Assembly: GCA_046563655.1 (NCBI GenBank)
Contig: CM102286.1
Span: 3,100,001 to 3,164,000, forward strand
Reading direction: 5' to 3'
Length of the DNA stretch: 64,000 bases
From: Yuukianura sp. NJ FZ-2021
Lineage: Eukaryota
The notes under the pieces were generated by a model. It ran no database searches. It saw nothing but the letters and a program-made list of their open reading frames with translations, and was not told the DNA's origin. The first letter of the stretch is position 1, and every line of letters starts with the position of its first letter. Shown here one piece after another: positions 12,713 to 25,900 of the stretch. The position numbers and the translations under genes are program-made.

Positions 12713-13558
12713 TTATGGAAATGCCGTAACTAGTTCGAGTAAATTTGAAAAGTAGTAATTTGGCGGGAATCCAAGCACGTCTGGTGGTGCTGGACTTCGT
12801 TTTAGCCAAGCAGTATTGTATCCATAACTTTTAGCTCCAGCAGCATCCCAACTGTTGCTGGACACAAACAAAACGTTTTTCTTCGCAATGCAACTCTCTT
12901 GTTCCAACCATGCGTAAACTGCAGGATTTGGTTTAAATGTCTTAACCGGGTCAACACTAATTACATCTGAGAAAAACGAACGAAGTCCCGCGTTTTTTAA
13001 AACCCGGGAAAGCATTCTGGGTGCTCCATTAGACAAAATGAAGAGTTTGCGTCCTGATGCTTTCAGTCTCTCGAGTCCTTCCCTGACTTCTGGGTATGGT
13101 GTAAGATGATACCAAGATCTTAGAAGATACTTTTTGTCTGAAGAGGTCAAAGTTCTATTGTAGAACTGCAGAGAATAGTCCAGTGCATCTTTAGTAACTT
13201 CCCAAAAGTCAACATATCGGTTCATGCTGTTTCGGAGCCATGAGCAACTCAGCTGCTTTTCTCTCCATAGTGCAGTAAAACTTGGCGGGAGATTTAAATG
13301 TGCAGCTCTCAAACTAGGAACCGTAGCGACGTCGAGTAGAGTTCCGTAGGCGTCAAAAGCCATTGCAGTATACTGCCCCGCTCTATTCAGAATTATACAA
13401 AAAATTCGCTAACAATTTTTTTCCACAATTTTTCATAATTTTATCAAAAAATAAAATAAATATTACTTTTTTGCACAACAAACGTTGGTATTTGTTGTCA
13501 ACCAGCTCCATGTTGGACACACAAAGGCGATCACAGTTGACACCAAGAAAAATTTCAT
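12713..13558 (-). CDS. L-2-haloacid dehalogenase (HAD type II) with signal-peptide exon; join(13467..13558, 12713..13382), 253 aa
   Basis: FDAYGTL nucleophile motif, WREKQL, LSNG, FKPNP.VY, FVSSNSWDAAGAKSYG. Upstream exon MKFFLVSTVIAFVCPTWSWLTTNTNVCCAK joins in phase 2 across an 84-nt GT-AG intron (13383-13466). Confidence 0.88.
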
Positions 13559-14177
13559 TCTAGAGTGCTTATTTTCTTACTTTAAAAATTCTTTGGTGTT
13601 CAAATTCTCATTTTATTGTTACTAAAAATTGAATTTAATCAACCATAAAGATACTGACAACTATAGTATTTAAAAAGGAGATGAATTGTCTAACTTATTG
13701 AAGCTGCACATGTGACTGAATTCATTTTAATGTAAAATGTACTCCACACAATGAAGAACCATCAGCAAAGTCAGTCATATAATTCATCATTACCTTAGAA
13801 ATTATTTGTATACTCCAATTGGGGAGAATAATGGCGTCAAATCAATGGGCTTATGGAATTTGCAAACAGAAAATCCTAGTCAATTTGAACTTTCTAAAAC
13901 GATGTGGTGAAGGAACGACAAGAAAAAAAAATCTTGACTCGAAATTCAAGATTTGGAAAAACTGGTTTACGGATATTCGCCTTTACCAACAACATCCTAC
14001 GTCTGAAATGCAAATTGAGAATGTTGCCATTACCTTCATCAATGAAGAGAATGAGGGTCACTACTACGAGTTTGCAATTTCAAGAAAAGTTATGACGTCA
14101 CACCGTAATTCCTTGATGTGGTATCTTTTCTCTTGTTAAAATTGTATATTTCTTAATTAGGAATTAGGTAGTAAACT

Positions 14178-16538
14178 ATGGGCTATCGGTGGAGTAGACA
14201 ATCAATTGGAACTGGATTATTCGTGTTTGCACTGCATTTACTCATTCTTGGTAAGCCATTAGGTTTTTTAACTTAAAAATTGATTTCACGATTCGAAAAT
14301 CTACAATTTTACACTAAACGGTGGTGAGGTGAATATTATTAATTGAAATGTGGCATAGTCAGGAATACAGAAACTCAAACACTACTTCCGAATTCGTGTC
14401 CGTTTAACCAATTTCGATGCTCGGATGGATCTGCTTGGTAACACTACTTTTCAAATGCTACGAGATTCTACGCTGTCAATTTTAAAATTCTAAAACTACA
14501 TTTTGTTAAATTTTAAGCTTACTATCCGAAAAGTTGTGCGATGGACATGAGGACTGTCCAAGCGGCGAAGACGAAACCGGAAATTCACAATGGGATTGCA
14601 GTTTGACAACGCTGAGTACTGCCTGCAGGTAAACACAGGAACTGAATTTCAATTGCCTGAACTTAATTTTGAAAATCTGATTGAACGATGTAAGATTCGG
14701 CTTTTAAATAAAATTTTTAGTTCGGACGAGTTCCGCTGTCGTTTTGGGGGATGCATCCCAAAATCTTTACAGTGCAATGGAAAAGTAATTTTAAAACAAC
14801 TTAAAAAACATTCAAAAGCAGTAAGTACAGGAAACGTTAATTGAGTTTGTGAACACTTTTAACACTCTAGGCAGACTGCTGGGGAGCCACAGACGAGTCA
14901 ACTGACCTTTGCTTCACAAGGTATATGTCAAAGGTCAACATTTCTTAAAACAATTAACATTTTAACAATTTAAAACTGGAGTTTTTTTTTTGCTAGACCG
15001 ACAAGGAGACCTCAAAGGCCCCAACCAACTACAAGTCGAACCAAATTGACCTCACCATTCCCTACACACCCAACCGCCACAATTCAAATTTCTCAAACCA
15101 TAGACTCTAATGAAGAATCTCATCATTTTCCAAAATTAAAACCGACGTCAACTTCTGAACGGCCAAAACATTCTTCAGCAGTAGAGGATGCTGATGGCAC
15201 AATTTCTGGACAACCTTCGAGTTCTTGTGAAATTTTAGTGCCTCCAAATGGTGCCCAAGTTACGTGTGAATTGAACAACTTTCCAGTCAAATGCACTTCG
15301 TTTCCCTCTCCAGAAGGCACTACTGCTCAATACAGGTGAGTTTAAGTAAAAGCGTTTCACTTTTCCAAAAATATCCAAAATTTTCAAATGTTTTAACTTC
15401 AAGATGCAAGCGGTTTTGGGGTTCGCCAAAAACGGGAAGCCAAACTGCATCTCGAATTTGCCAAAACGGACAATGGAGTCGTTTGAACAAAAATTGGAAA
15501 TGTTCGTTACAATGTGGCGAAGCTGGCTCAACTGCAACTGGATTCATTGTTAACGGATACGATTCTTTGGTGGGACGGTGGCCTTGGCACGTCGGTCTGT
15601 TTCAAGAAAACCCGCCAAATTCTGGGAAATTTGAATTCTTCTGCGGCGGGAGTCTGATTTCACGCCGGAGTGTTTTAACAGGTATTGGAAACTAACTCAT
15701 AGAATTCATAGTTTTAAAAACAAAAATTATGTACATTTCTACTTATTTTTCTTTTTTGAACTAGCTGCTCATTGTATAACAAAAAGTCAAACGTCAGAAA
15801 AACGCACCGACAGAATTCTAGCTCTGCTGGGAAAGCACAATCGAACTTTTAATAACGACGATGCTTATGTGCAGCAACGAGAGGTCATTGACCTAGACAT
15901 TCCAGAGTACTACACACCGAAATATTATGATCAAGATATTGGAATCATTTTGTTAGACGAGGTTTGTTGCTAATTCTTATGTTTTGAATTTGGCGCAATT
16001 TTAAGTTTTTTTTCTAACTATTACTTCAGGAAGCTGAAATTAGCGAGCGGGTACGCCCTGTCTGTTTACCAAATGACGAAGAAGAACCAGAACCAGGACT
16101 ACGCGGAACAGTATGTTTCATAATTTCAGTTTTTTGAATTTCGAAATTTAATTTGAAATTTTCGGAATTTTTTAGTTAGCTGGTTGGGGTCGGTGGGTAG
16201 ATCGTTCATACCCGGAGAACTTGCAAATGGCGGAACTGCCCGTTATTTCTGTCGGTGAATGTCGAAAGTCACATAGCTCTCTAGCTGCGCTGTCGAGGAG
16301 TACGACGTTCTGCGCAGGTTACAAGAATGGCACAAGTGCTTGTGATGGTGACTCCGGTGGGGGACTTGTGTTTGAAGACAATCAGAAATACTATGTTCAG
16401 GGCATTGTTAGTGCAGGAATCAATTCACACGGACAAGGAGGAGGATGTGATCCCCAGTTTTACACAATTTTTACAAAAGTCGGGAAATTTAGATCTTGGA
16501 TTGATCAAGTTTTGGATCAGAAGGAAGGCAGGATTTGA
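14178..16538 (+). CDS. Modular serine protease (LDLa repeats, Thr/Ser linker, CCP/sushi-like module, trypsin domain); ModSP-like
   Basis: Signal-like exon 1; LDLa motifs CPFNQFRCSDGSC...CDGHEDCPSGEDE and EFRCRFGGCIPKSLQCNG; activation site IVNG; catalytic triad motifs TAAHC, DIGII and GDSGGG. Confidence 0.9.
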
Positions 16539-17781
16539 ACCAATTTAAAACATTGATCAGTAATGGACCAATAAACTCATTTTTCTAAAATCGAAACAGA
16601 ATTTAAAAAAAAAACTGAAAATAAAAACTTTGGTTGTTGCTTTATTAAGAAAAATTTCCCCCGAAACAGTGACCCAATTCTGTGACATGAATCAAAAGCA
16701 AAACTGAAAACCAGAAATTGGAAATAATTCAAATATAATTAAATGGGGTTATTAGGAATGAAACTTTTCCTTTCCTTGTGGTGATTTTCCTACTACGATA
16801 TGAACATCTTACAACTTATGTACTAAACTGCTGTTATCCAGATAATTACCAACATTAACACGATAGTTTCGTACTCGAAATCAAGCAAATTTGGGATGCC
16901 CAAAACTCACTTCAATCAAAATTTTATCGTTAGGCTAACATAAAACGATTTTATTGCAATCTAATCTAATTTAACATAAGCACCAGAAATGAAAATTCCA
17001 TCCAATGCTCCGTTTTGTTGCTTAAAACGAAACTGGTATCTACGCATAAATGGTTGAAGAACGAGCGGGAAGTTGGACTTGAATGCTTGCTTTTGAACTG
17101 ACGTGACAATCTTTGACCCGGTCATTTCCAGTTCGATCAAGTAGCGTCTATGAATATTTAAAGTATGACTCTTCTGTGTCAAATCTTATTTTTCAAACTG
17201 AATTTGACATTCAGCAGGTTCTTTGACAAATGATTCAAAACTGTTTTCCAATTTACATAAACAAAACTAATTATCACAAAACTTGATATTCATCTCCAGT
17301 AAGGATTCTATTTTAAAGTTCTTTTTATCTCAAACAAAGCGGTTCCAGTTTTTGTTAGTTAAAGATTATAACCAGGATTTAAAAATTTGTTGCATTACCA
17401 AAAACAAAATTTTCATAATTTTTTTTACTGCAGGTTGTAAATTCTGAACAACAGAAATTCCTTGGCCCTGTTTCCTTTTTGTTTCACTCCAAACGTTCTT
17501 GTTTTTAAAAAGGTTGTTTGAAATTTTTGAGACGTCGGCACAGAATTTACGTTATCTGAACTGCGTATTGTTGACTCTTAACAAAAAATCTCGTTGCTGA
17601 ACGCCAACATCCAGTTCTTATCCTAAAGAAAAGTTCATCTTCTTATCATTATGGGAGCTTCTAGTGTTTTAGCTTTGAATGAAATGGAACATGATTCCCT
17701 TGGAAGTGACTCTGTAACACAAAAGTCAATAAATGGAGACGTTTCTTCCTTCATCTTGGTTCAGAAATCATTTGAAGAGTC

Positions 17782-20466
17782 ATGGAAGATCATTCAGAAA
17801 TACCTGACAAGGAGCAGTTCAAAGGAAGCGACAATTCTGGACACTTACTCAATGTCCATGGCCTTAACCTCACTTTGGTCACAGAGAAAGGCCAAAAGTT
17901 TTCACTTACTGACCCAGTTCAAGATTTCAAAAATCCGGGTAACAAAACACAAAATTTTTGTGCACATACATATACGGAATTCAAATTTTTTAATTTTCTT
18001 TTTCCAAAATTTTAGGAGGATGGGGCACGAGACACACACTTGCTGTGATGGGATTCCTAGGCTTTGCTGCCTCTTTTGCAATGCGAGTCAATCTGTCCAT
18101 TGCAATTGTGGCAATGGTTGTTGCCAATACGTCTTCAACTGACAATATCCATTTTATTAAAAATGAACCAGAACGAACATGTCCGGAATTATTTGAAGAG
18201 GAGACGATTAGCAGAAATCTGACAAGTGTTAGTGACATTCCAGTGGGTGAATTCAATTGGACGAGTGAACAACAAGGAACCATACTGGGCGCCTTTTACT
18301 GGGGATACGTTTTACTTCAAATTCCGGGCGGGATTTTGGCAAAGAAAATTGGCGGGAAGTGGCTCTTTGGCTTTGGAATGCTCATCAGTTCCATCTTTAC
18401 ACTTCTGACGCCCTTGGCGGCTAGACAAGGAATGGGGCTCCTGGTTGCTTGCAGAATCTTACAAGGCCTTGGTGAAGTAAGACGATTTGCAGTATTTTAA
18501 AACACATTTTAGTACAATTCTTAGCATTTCAAAAAATACCGTAAAAAATTTCGAAAATCAATTGCTGACTATCGGCTGAGGGCTGACTTCAACTTCAGCT
18601 CAGTTTTTAAATGTCCCCGCTAAATTTATAAAATATGTTGTTTTTTTTTAAGGGCGTCAGTATTCCAGCAATGCATGCCTTGCTTGCAAGGTGGGTGCCA
18701 CCGCTTGAAAGAAGTAACGATAAAAATTTTGGAATTAAATTTGGTTTTGAGCCAGAAAAAAAACTTACGAATTGGTTCAAATTTTCAGGTCGGTTGGGGA
18801 CGTACATTTATGCTGGTCAGTAAGATCAAGTCGAATTTTTTGAACACTTTTCTGGAACTTGCTGAATTCTTTTTTTCGTTTTCCAGGTCAACAGTTTGGG
18901 ACAATCATTGGATTGCCACTTTGTGGCTATCTGATTAGTGACAAGGCCCTTGGTGGTTGGCCTTCTGTTTTCTACACAATGGGTAGCCTTGGCGTCATTT
19001 GGTTTGTTTTCTGGGCATGGCTAGTCCATGACAAGCCACAAGATCATCCAAGAATCTCGTCACGGGAACTAAACTACATCCAGAACACCATCGGACTACA
19101 AATTTCCAGCGTAGGTTGCAATTTTAAACAAACCAAAATTATACCTCAATTTAAAATCAAAATTTTTGCAAAATTCTTTTAATGTAGCGTAAAGTTCCTA
19201 CGCCATGGAAGAAGATGCTGACATCCATGCCAGTAATTGCAATTCTTGTGGCTCATATTGGGCATGACTGGTAAAGTTACTTTATTTGATTGGCAGTTTA
19301 ATTCAACATTCCAAAAACATCTCAATGACACAACCTTCGAATGATGACATCTTAAAACTTGTTTTTCTAAACTTTTATTAGGGGAACGCATACTTTACTG
19401 ACCGAACTTCCAACGTACTTGGGTACAGTACTGCATTTCGATATCAAATCGGTAAATGCTTTGAAATACTAATTCCTAAAAAATAAAAAAAACTAAACTG
19501 CATTATAGCAATAATATTTTTGGATTTTAGAATGGATGGATCAGTGCTTTGCCCTATTTGATGATGTTCGTGGTTAGCCTAGTATGTTGTTGGTTGGCTG
19601 ATTTTCTTCTGGAAAGAAATATTGCCAGTACAACTACTGTACGGAAACTGCTTAACTCAATTGGTTTGTCCAGAACCAAATTTGAACACAGACCGTTTTA
19701 AAAACTGACTTGTTACAGTACTTTTGACATTAGGTCATCTTCTACCGGCGTTATCTTTGATTGGAGTGGCTTACAGTGGATGCGACCGTGTTTTGACCGT
19801 GATCCTTCTAACGGGGGCAGTAGGTATGCTGCACTGAAATTTCTAATTTCAGTAAACTTTTACCCAAGTTTTTTAAGCTTTCTCATCCCGAAGTCGTGTG
19901 GTTTTTTAAATTTTGCTTTGGAATTCAGGTTTAAGTGGTGCCTGTTATGCGTCTTTCAACGTAAATCATGTGAGTCATCATTTTTAAGTAATGGTCATTG
20001 GAGAGTTAACAAATTTCACAAACTTAAACTTTTGGCTTGGGCAGATCGACATTGCCGCAAATCATGCTGCAGTGATGATGGGAATAACAAGCGGTAATTT
20101 CCAATTTAGTTCACAACCGACAAGGCAAATTTTTCCTGCAATTTTTATGTTGTGACTTGTCACTTCAGGATTTGCAAATCTGATGGGAATTGTTGCCCCA
20201 TATGTGGCTGGAGTGATTATAGGCAACGTTGTAAGATAAAACGTCGCTTGCACTGTCACTATCGATTTGATTGTTCAACACTTTCATGTTTTTGTGGATT
20301 AATTGTGCAGGGAAGCCTGACCCAATGGAGGCTCATATTTCTAATCGCCGGTGGGATTTATATTTTCGACAATACTTTCTACCTCGTCTTTGCTTCTGGA
20401 AAGGAACAACGCTGGAACAGAAACAAATCAGAACAAGAGGAGGAGCTCAAATCCAATCCCATCTAG
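17782..20466 (+). CDS. SLC17 (sialin / inorganic phosphate cotransporter-like) MFS transporter, multi-exon
   Basis: MRVNLSIAIVAM, FNWTSEQQGTILGAFYWGY, GVSIPAMHALLARWVPPLERS, GWPSVFY, LLTELPTY, NHIDIAANHAAVMMGIT, QWRLIF. Exon 1 (17782-17938) joins the exon at 18016 in phase 1. Confidence 0.93.
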
Positions 20467-21288
20467 AAGCTAAAAAAAATATGGCAAAATTTTGGACAAA
20501 TTTATTACCACGGAGCGTTCATTCTTAATTTGATTTTTTAATTTTGCATTAACATCATATGCCAATTGTAGGGTTTAATAAAACAAAGTTCAAATTTTAG
20601 AGATTATAATCTACGATAAATAGAATATGAGTTCATCGTTATGTACGTTAAGGGAAATGGATTTGAAGTGCATTGTGACTCAAATCACTTAAAAGTTAGG
20701 CATAGCGTTGGAAATGACGCATAATTTGAATTTTTAGATGTATTAATAATTCGGCAATGTTAAACTTTTCCGAATACTTTGGCTAGACCTTATGCCATAA
20801 TTTTGGTATAGTAAATTAAAACTCGCTTTTAAAACGGTCAACTTGAGCGTAGTATCGTCGCAAGTCAAGCGGAGTTCGTTATCACTTAAGTAACAGTTCC
20901 AGGCCGATTGTTTGCTTTCAGTATTGATGGGCATGATTTAGCCAGACAACTGTTGCGACATTACACCGAAAGTGCAAAGCCCAAGGTTGAAGGTAATTCC
21001 AACTTCTCTCTACTTAGTCATCTTTTGGTTCGAAATAAATTACAACGAATTTTCAGAAACAAAAAAATGGATTAGAATTTGGGCGATAGTTCAACAATAG
21101 AGTGATTACTCAAGGTGCACCTAGCTGGGTACTGATAATGGTAAAATTAAATGGATCAAGATACGTCCACTCCAGAAGATAAGATTCGATATAAAACTAC
21201 TAGTGGACGATTCAATAGTATATTCAGTTTGTACCTTCGAAGTCTTCCAGCATTTCATTTCATCAACGGTTAATCAAAATCGAAAACG

Positions 21289-22292
21289 ATGGCGTTCGGA
21301 AAAGTCGCTCTCTTTTCATTGACCTGCCTGGCATTTGTCAACTATTCAATGGGTAAGTAGTTTCCATTTCAAAATTAAAGTTTCATATGCTTACTGTTGA
21401 ATTGCTTTTGAAATGGCTAATCTCGTGACTATACGTTTACAGCTGAGTGTACTCCGACGAATCCGCCCACCACTACTATTACATTGGACGACATTTCTCC
21501 AGTTGGCACGCTCATTAGGTAACAACTTGGCGTGTTTTGATTCTGTAAGAGAAGAATAAGGGCTAGGTGAAGTTGATAGTGAATTTTTTCTTTAGCGCTT
21601 TTGACATTACGTCCGATGATCGAACTTCATTTCAAAAACCCAGTATTGCAACAGCGGAAACCGATGCGTACATTGTAGATTATTTCGATGGCGCAGATCC
21701 TAAGGTTACGAATGTACGCATTTCTACTGGACCCGAATTTGGAAATTTAGTTGAACATCACGGTCTAGAAGCAGTATTTGTCCCAGGCATCACATTTAAT
21801 TGTGACAACAAGGATTTTCCACTCAGTGCGGCACAAATCACTGTAACCCTGTCCGATAAAAACAACCAGATTCCCATCTTCGATGCTCCAAACGTCATTA
21901 ATTTTGACCTGGCACTCTACAACGAAACCGCTAAGACCCCATTAGGCGTCTTCAACATCACTGATGCTGACATAGATGTGGCGAATAAGGATGTAAAGGT
22001 AGAAATAAAAGAAGGAACAACCACCGTAGTAACTGTCGAAACTGGCGATTTCGCTAATGGCGTAACTCCATTCACCGTAAGATTAGCCTCACCAATTGAC
22101 CCTGGTCAATACAATATTACACTGCTTGCAACAAATGTGGGACTTGGCGAAGGCGCCGAAACTAAGACACAGACAAATACACACACTATTCAACTCTACT
22201 TTAATGCTCCATCCAGCGCTATCCAACAAGCCGGAACCTTCATCATGGTTGCCATTCTCTCAGTTGCCTCTCGCTTCGCTGGCAAATACTAA
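21289..22292 (+). CDS. Small secreted or GPI-anchored cadherin-repeat protein (3 exons)
   Basis: Signal MAFGKVALFSLTCLAFVNYSMA; cadherin-like motifs LDDISPVGT, VTLSDKNNQIPIF, ITDADID, YNITLLATN; hydrophobic C-terminus (SSA...FIMVAILSVASRF) with no cytoplasmic tail. Confidence 0.7.
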
Positions 22293-22543
22293 AGCAGACA
22301 GCTTAAGATTACCTTATTATTGCGAGATTTAACAATAAACTCTGTGGATTATGATTGAAATATGAGTCAAAATTCATTACTGTTCTTCTTAAAATAGCCA
22401 AATTATGCAAATTACTTAACAGAATTTTCTTATTTTCTTCCGAGAGACGATTACCACGGTGAATTGTTTACCCTGATTCTGAAATAAATTCGAAATCATT
22501 TCCTACAAAAGTTGCCCTCAGCAAAACAATGCATTTTTAACAC

Positions 22544-22765
22544 TTGAATGCCTTCGCGGAACAAGGGGCAAACTGGAATTTACAATGTGAGTTTCCAAGG
22601 GCAACGAGTTGCGAATTGGCTATTCTGCTGAAATCGCACAAGAAAAAAACCGCTAAATCGCCCCGAGAAACCGTTTTTTCGCCTGATTTTGTTGGTTAGA
22701 AAATTCAAAAAGAAAACGTCAAACAACGATTTACAGTTTGTCCCTCGTTCCGCGAAGGCATTCAA
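22544..22765. mobile_element. Short MITE, TIR TTGAATGCCTTCGCGGAA
   Basis: TTGAATGCCTTCGCGGAACAAGGGGCAAACTG at 22544 is inverted against CAGTTTGTCCCTCGTTCCGCGAAGGCATTCAA ending at 22765. Same TIR family as 25053-25691. Confidence 0.8.
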
Positions 22766-22916
22766 TTACACGCGTAACCTTAATTCGTAAGCTTATCGAC
22801 GACGAGTATCAATACACTAAATGCTTGAAAGGCCAAAATAGTAACTACAAGACAAACTCATTACATAGGTTATGGTTACTATTAACTATGGAAAAGCATT
22901 TAAGAAACCAATAATA

Positions 22917-25900
22917 TTAGACTTGGGTCGCTGGAAGATTTTTTGAATTTGTACGCACGGTTTCGAAAAATTGCTCAGAGAGGATCAGTGACGGGAGGTC
23001 AATAGCTGATTTTGTTCTCCTAGGAAATTGACCTGTGTGAGGCTTATGACTTATCATAGTCACTCCGGCAGCATAAGGTGAAAACAAAGAGTGTTGTCTA
23101 AGGCGCATGGGTTTTGCAGAGGAAACATAAAGTGAATTAGTATGATGGCTGATGTTACTAGTGAGGACGCCGGTAGGTATTCCGAAACTGCGCATGGCAA
23201 GGCCACCAACTGCAGTTCCATTTCCAGTTCGAATTTTTGTGTAGAGTGGATTTTCTTCCGTTAACAAATTCAATTTGGAAAATGATTTCTGAAAACAAGA
23301 ACAAAGGCGATGAGTTGTAAAACACAAAAATTTTGTTTCTTTCAGAAATGAATTAGGTTGGAATTTGCATAACCATCTCTTTGAATTTCAAGTCCAGTTC
23401 TAAACTGCTCCTTTTTATTTAAAATTCCTGTTTTAAATTAAGTCATTTTGTAGATGCGACAGCAGAGAATGGTTATGTGTAAGGCAGAACCATGATAGCA
23501 AAGGATAGTGGAATTGCTAGAGAAAAGAATTTTGAAAGTTGTATTTCCAACTACCTACGGCATTAAGCATTCCATACTAAATAATTTTCACGTTTTCCTG
23601 AAAGTTGCCTATTTTGGTTTCAAAAATTGCATTTTTTCCAATCCTAATTTTATTTTATTTTATTAAATTTTAAATATTAAAATCTGAATCCAAAACTTGT
23701 AGAACAAAACGAGATTAACAATCGCTGTCCCAATGTACCTCGAACTCATATGTTTCAGGAAATCGGCTATTACGTTACATACATCACTGATACGCTTGTC
23801 AGTCTGCGATTGTAAATTGGGGTTTATCTCTTCTGCAACACTAATTCGTTCATCATTCTTTACAGCTGACTACTACGTGAAGTCGTTTAGTGGCGATCTA
23901 CTTTTTCAATGCAAATTTCAACAGTCGCTGATGAAGTTCCAACTTTTCACCAATTATTTCGTTTTTTAAAAATATATTCAATTATGTTTTGCTAAAGTTT
24001 TCAAAAACGCCTTCTCCTAATTGTTTATTTTGTAACTCAAAATTATTAGTATTTGCGTTAAAAACAACTTTGTCGTAAATCTTTAGAGAATCTGTAAAAT
24101 ATCAAATGAGAACCCCACATCAAACACATCCTATACAATATTACAGTTCAACTCAAAACGATTATTAATAGCGAAAGCTATTAATAATCTGATCATGTCT
24201 GTCTGTCTGTCTGTCCGAGTCGCCAAATTATCTCGGAAACTACTGGTCGGAGTTTATCCAGGTTTTCACCAATGGACATTCCATGTCGGCCGCCAGATCA
24301 AGTTTAAATATCATCCCGATCTTTGACCTTTTACCGGGTCAAAGGTCAAGGTCATTGACCTATAAAACTGGGTAAAATGACCCTAACAAAAGTTGTTCCT
24401 CTCATTGAGGGGAGCAACGTTGGTATACGAAGCATGGGTCTCTGACCATTCCAAGGGGGTCAAAACCGGGATGAAAGGTCAACATCCCCCCACACAGTAC
24501 ATTGGATAGGGAAGCCGTCTATCGAGTGCTCATTCCATGCCATGGAGTCTATACGCCAGCCAACATGGCATAGGGTACCCCCACTCCCCCTGGGGAGAGG
24601 GTGTGGGCGAGAAGGTAAGGGAACCCACCCCCACTCCCCCGGGGGGGAGGTTGGGGGAAACACGCCCACTCTCCCGGGGAGGGGAGTGCGGGGAACACAC
24701 CGCGCTCCCTGGGGTGCGGAGCAAATAAGTGCGGGGGACACCCCCACTCCCCCTGGGGGGTCGGAAAAGTGGGGGGACCCACCCCCACTCCCCCTAGAAG
24801 GTGGGGAATTGAACACAAGCCCCGGGACGTTGAAGTTCCATTCAGTGAGCTTGAAAAAACCGCCTTATCGCTTGAGCTATTCGTTATGAGCGGTTTACAA
24901 CCGGTTTATTATGTAGTATTATTATACCAGAAGAGTTATAGTTTGAATTTTTATTTTTGATCCTTTGTTGATTGCATTTTCTCGTCTAAAATTCAGTTAC
25001 AGGGAAAATCAAGCGGAATTTTTGTTGCCAGAGTTACATTACTTCGAAATTAATTGTATGCCTTCGTGGAAAAAGGGTCAAACCAAGGCAACTAAACAAA
25101 ATGACACACCGCATTACTAAGGTAGTCTCACGAGCCGTGTTTTAATTGTTTTTTTTGCGAAAGTTATAGTGGGGTCGATTGTTTGTTTTTTACATTTCTG
25201 TGACAACGTTTTTCTTATGTTGGACAACAAAGTAAATTCATCCATTGTAACCATCCGTTGTAACCAATCATCAGACCTGTAGTTTAGATCGGTTTAAAGA
25301 TTGGAAAATGGAATTATACAAGTTTTACGCTTATAATTACTAAAAATTCATTACAACTCAATGGCAAATAGTTGATTTTGTGCCAAATATGGAACAGTGG
25401 TTACAAGTAACACATATCGTTACCCCAACCAACTTTTGCACAAATTAATCTCCCTGGATACCACCCCACTATAACTTTCGCAAAAAACAATTAAAAAACG
25501 GCTCGTGAGACTACCTTAGAAAGCGCGTGTGTCTTTTTGTTTAGTTGCCTTGGGTTAAACTCGTTTCAGTTTTTAAAACATTTTTAAACATTTGTTTATA
25601 AGTGCGTTAATTCTAATGCCAGATTTTCGGTTGCCCCGAGAAACCAAAATTCTAAAACGAGTTCAACCCTTTTTCCACGAAGGCATTCAATTACTGATAA
25701 AATAAAGGGATTAGATAGATCGGAAAAGGCTGATTGTATAACGCTGACGGTGACAATAATTTTTCACAGTAGCTGACTGTAAAAGTGAGAGTTCGGGATT
25801 TTGGGATCTGACGGTACTGTAATACGGTAGCCCGTGTTTGCTGATTGGAATTCATTTTTACACTTCCTACGTTACTTATGTGCTAATTGCATCATGTAAT

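Noticed and set aside
12713..13363. Bacterial contamination as the source of the dehalogenase
   Set aside because: AT-rich host-like composition, a spliceosomal intron, no operon context and contiguity with intron-rich animal genes argue against it; read-level confirmation is still needed.
24460..24960. Overlapping Pro/Gly-rich ORFs
   Set aside because: They arise from the GC-rich repeat core of a mobile element.
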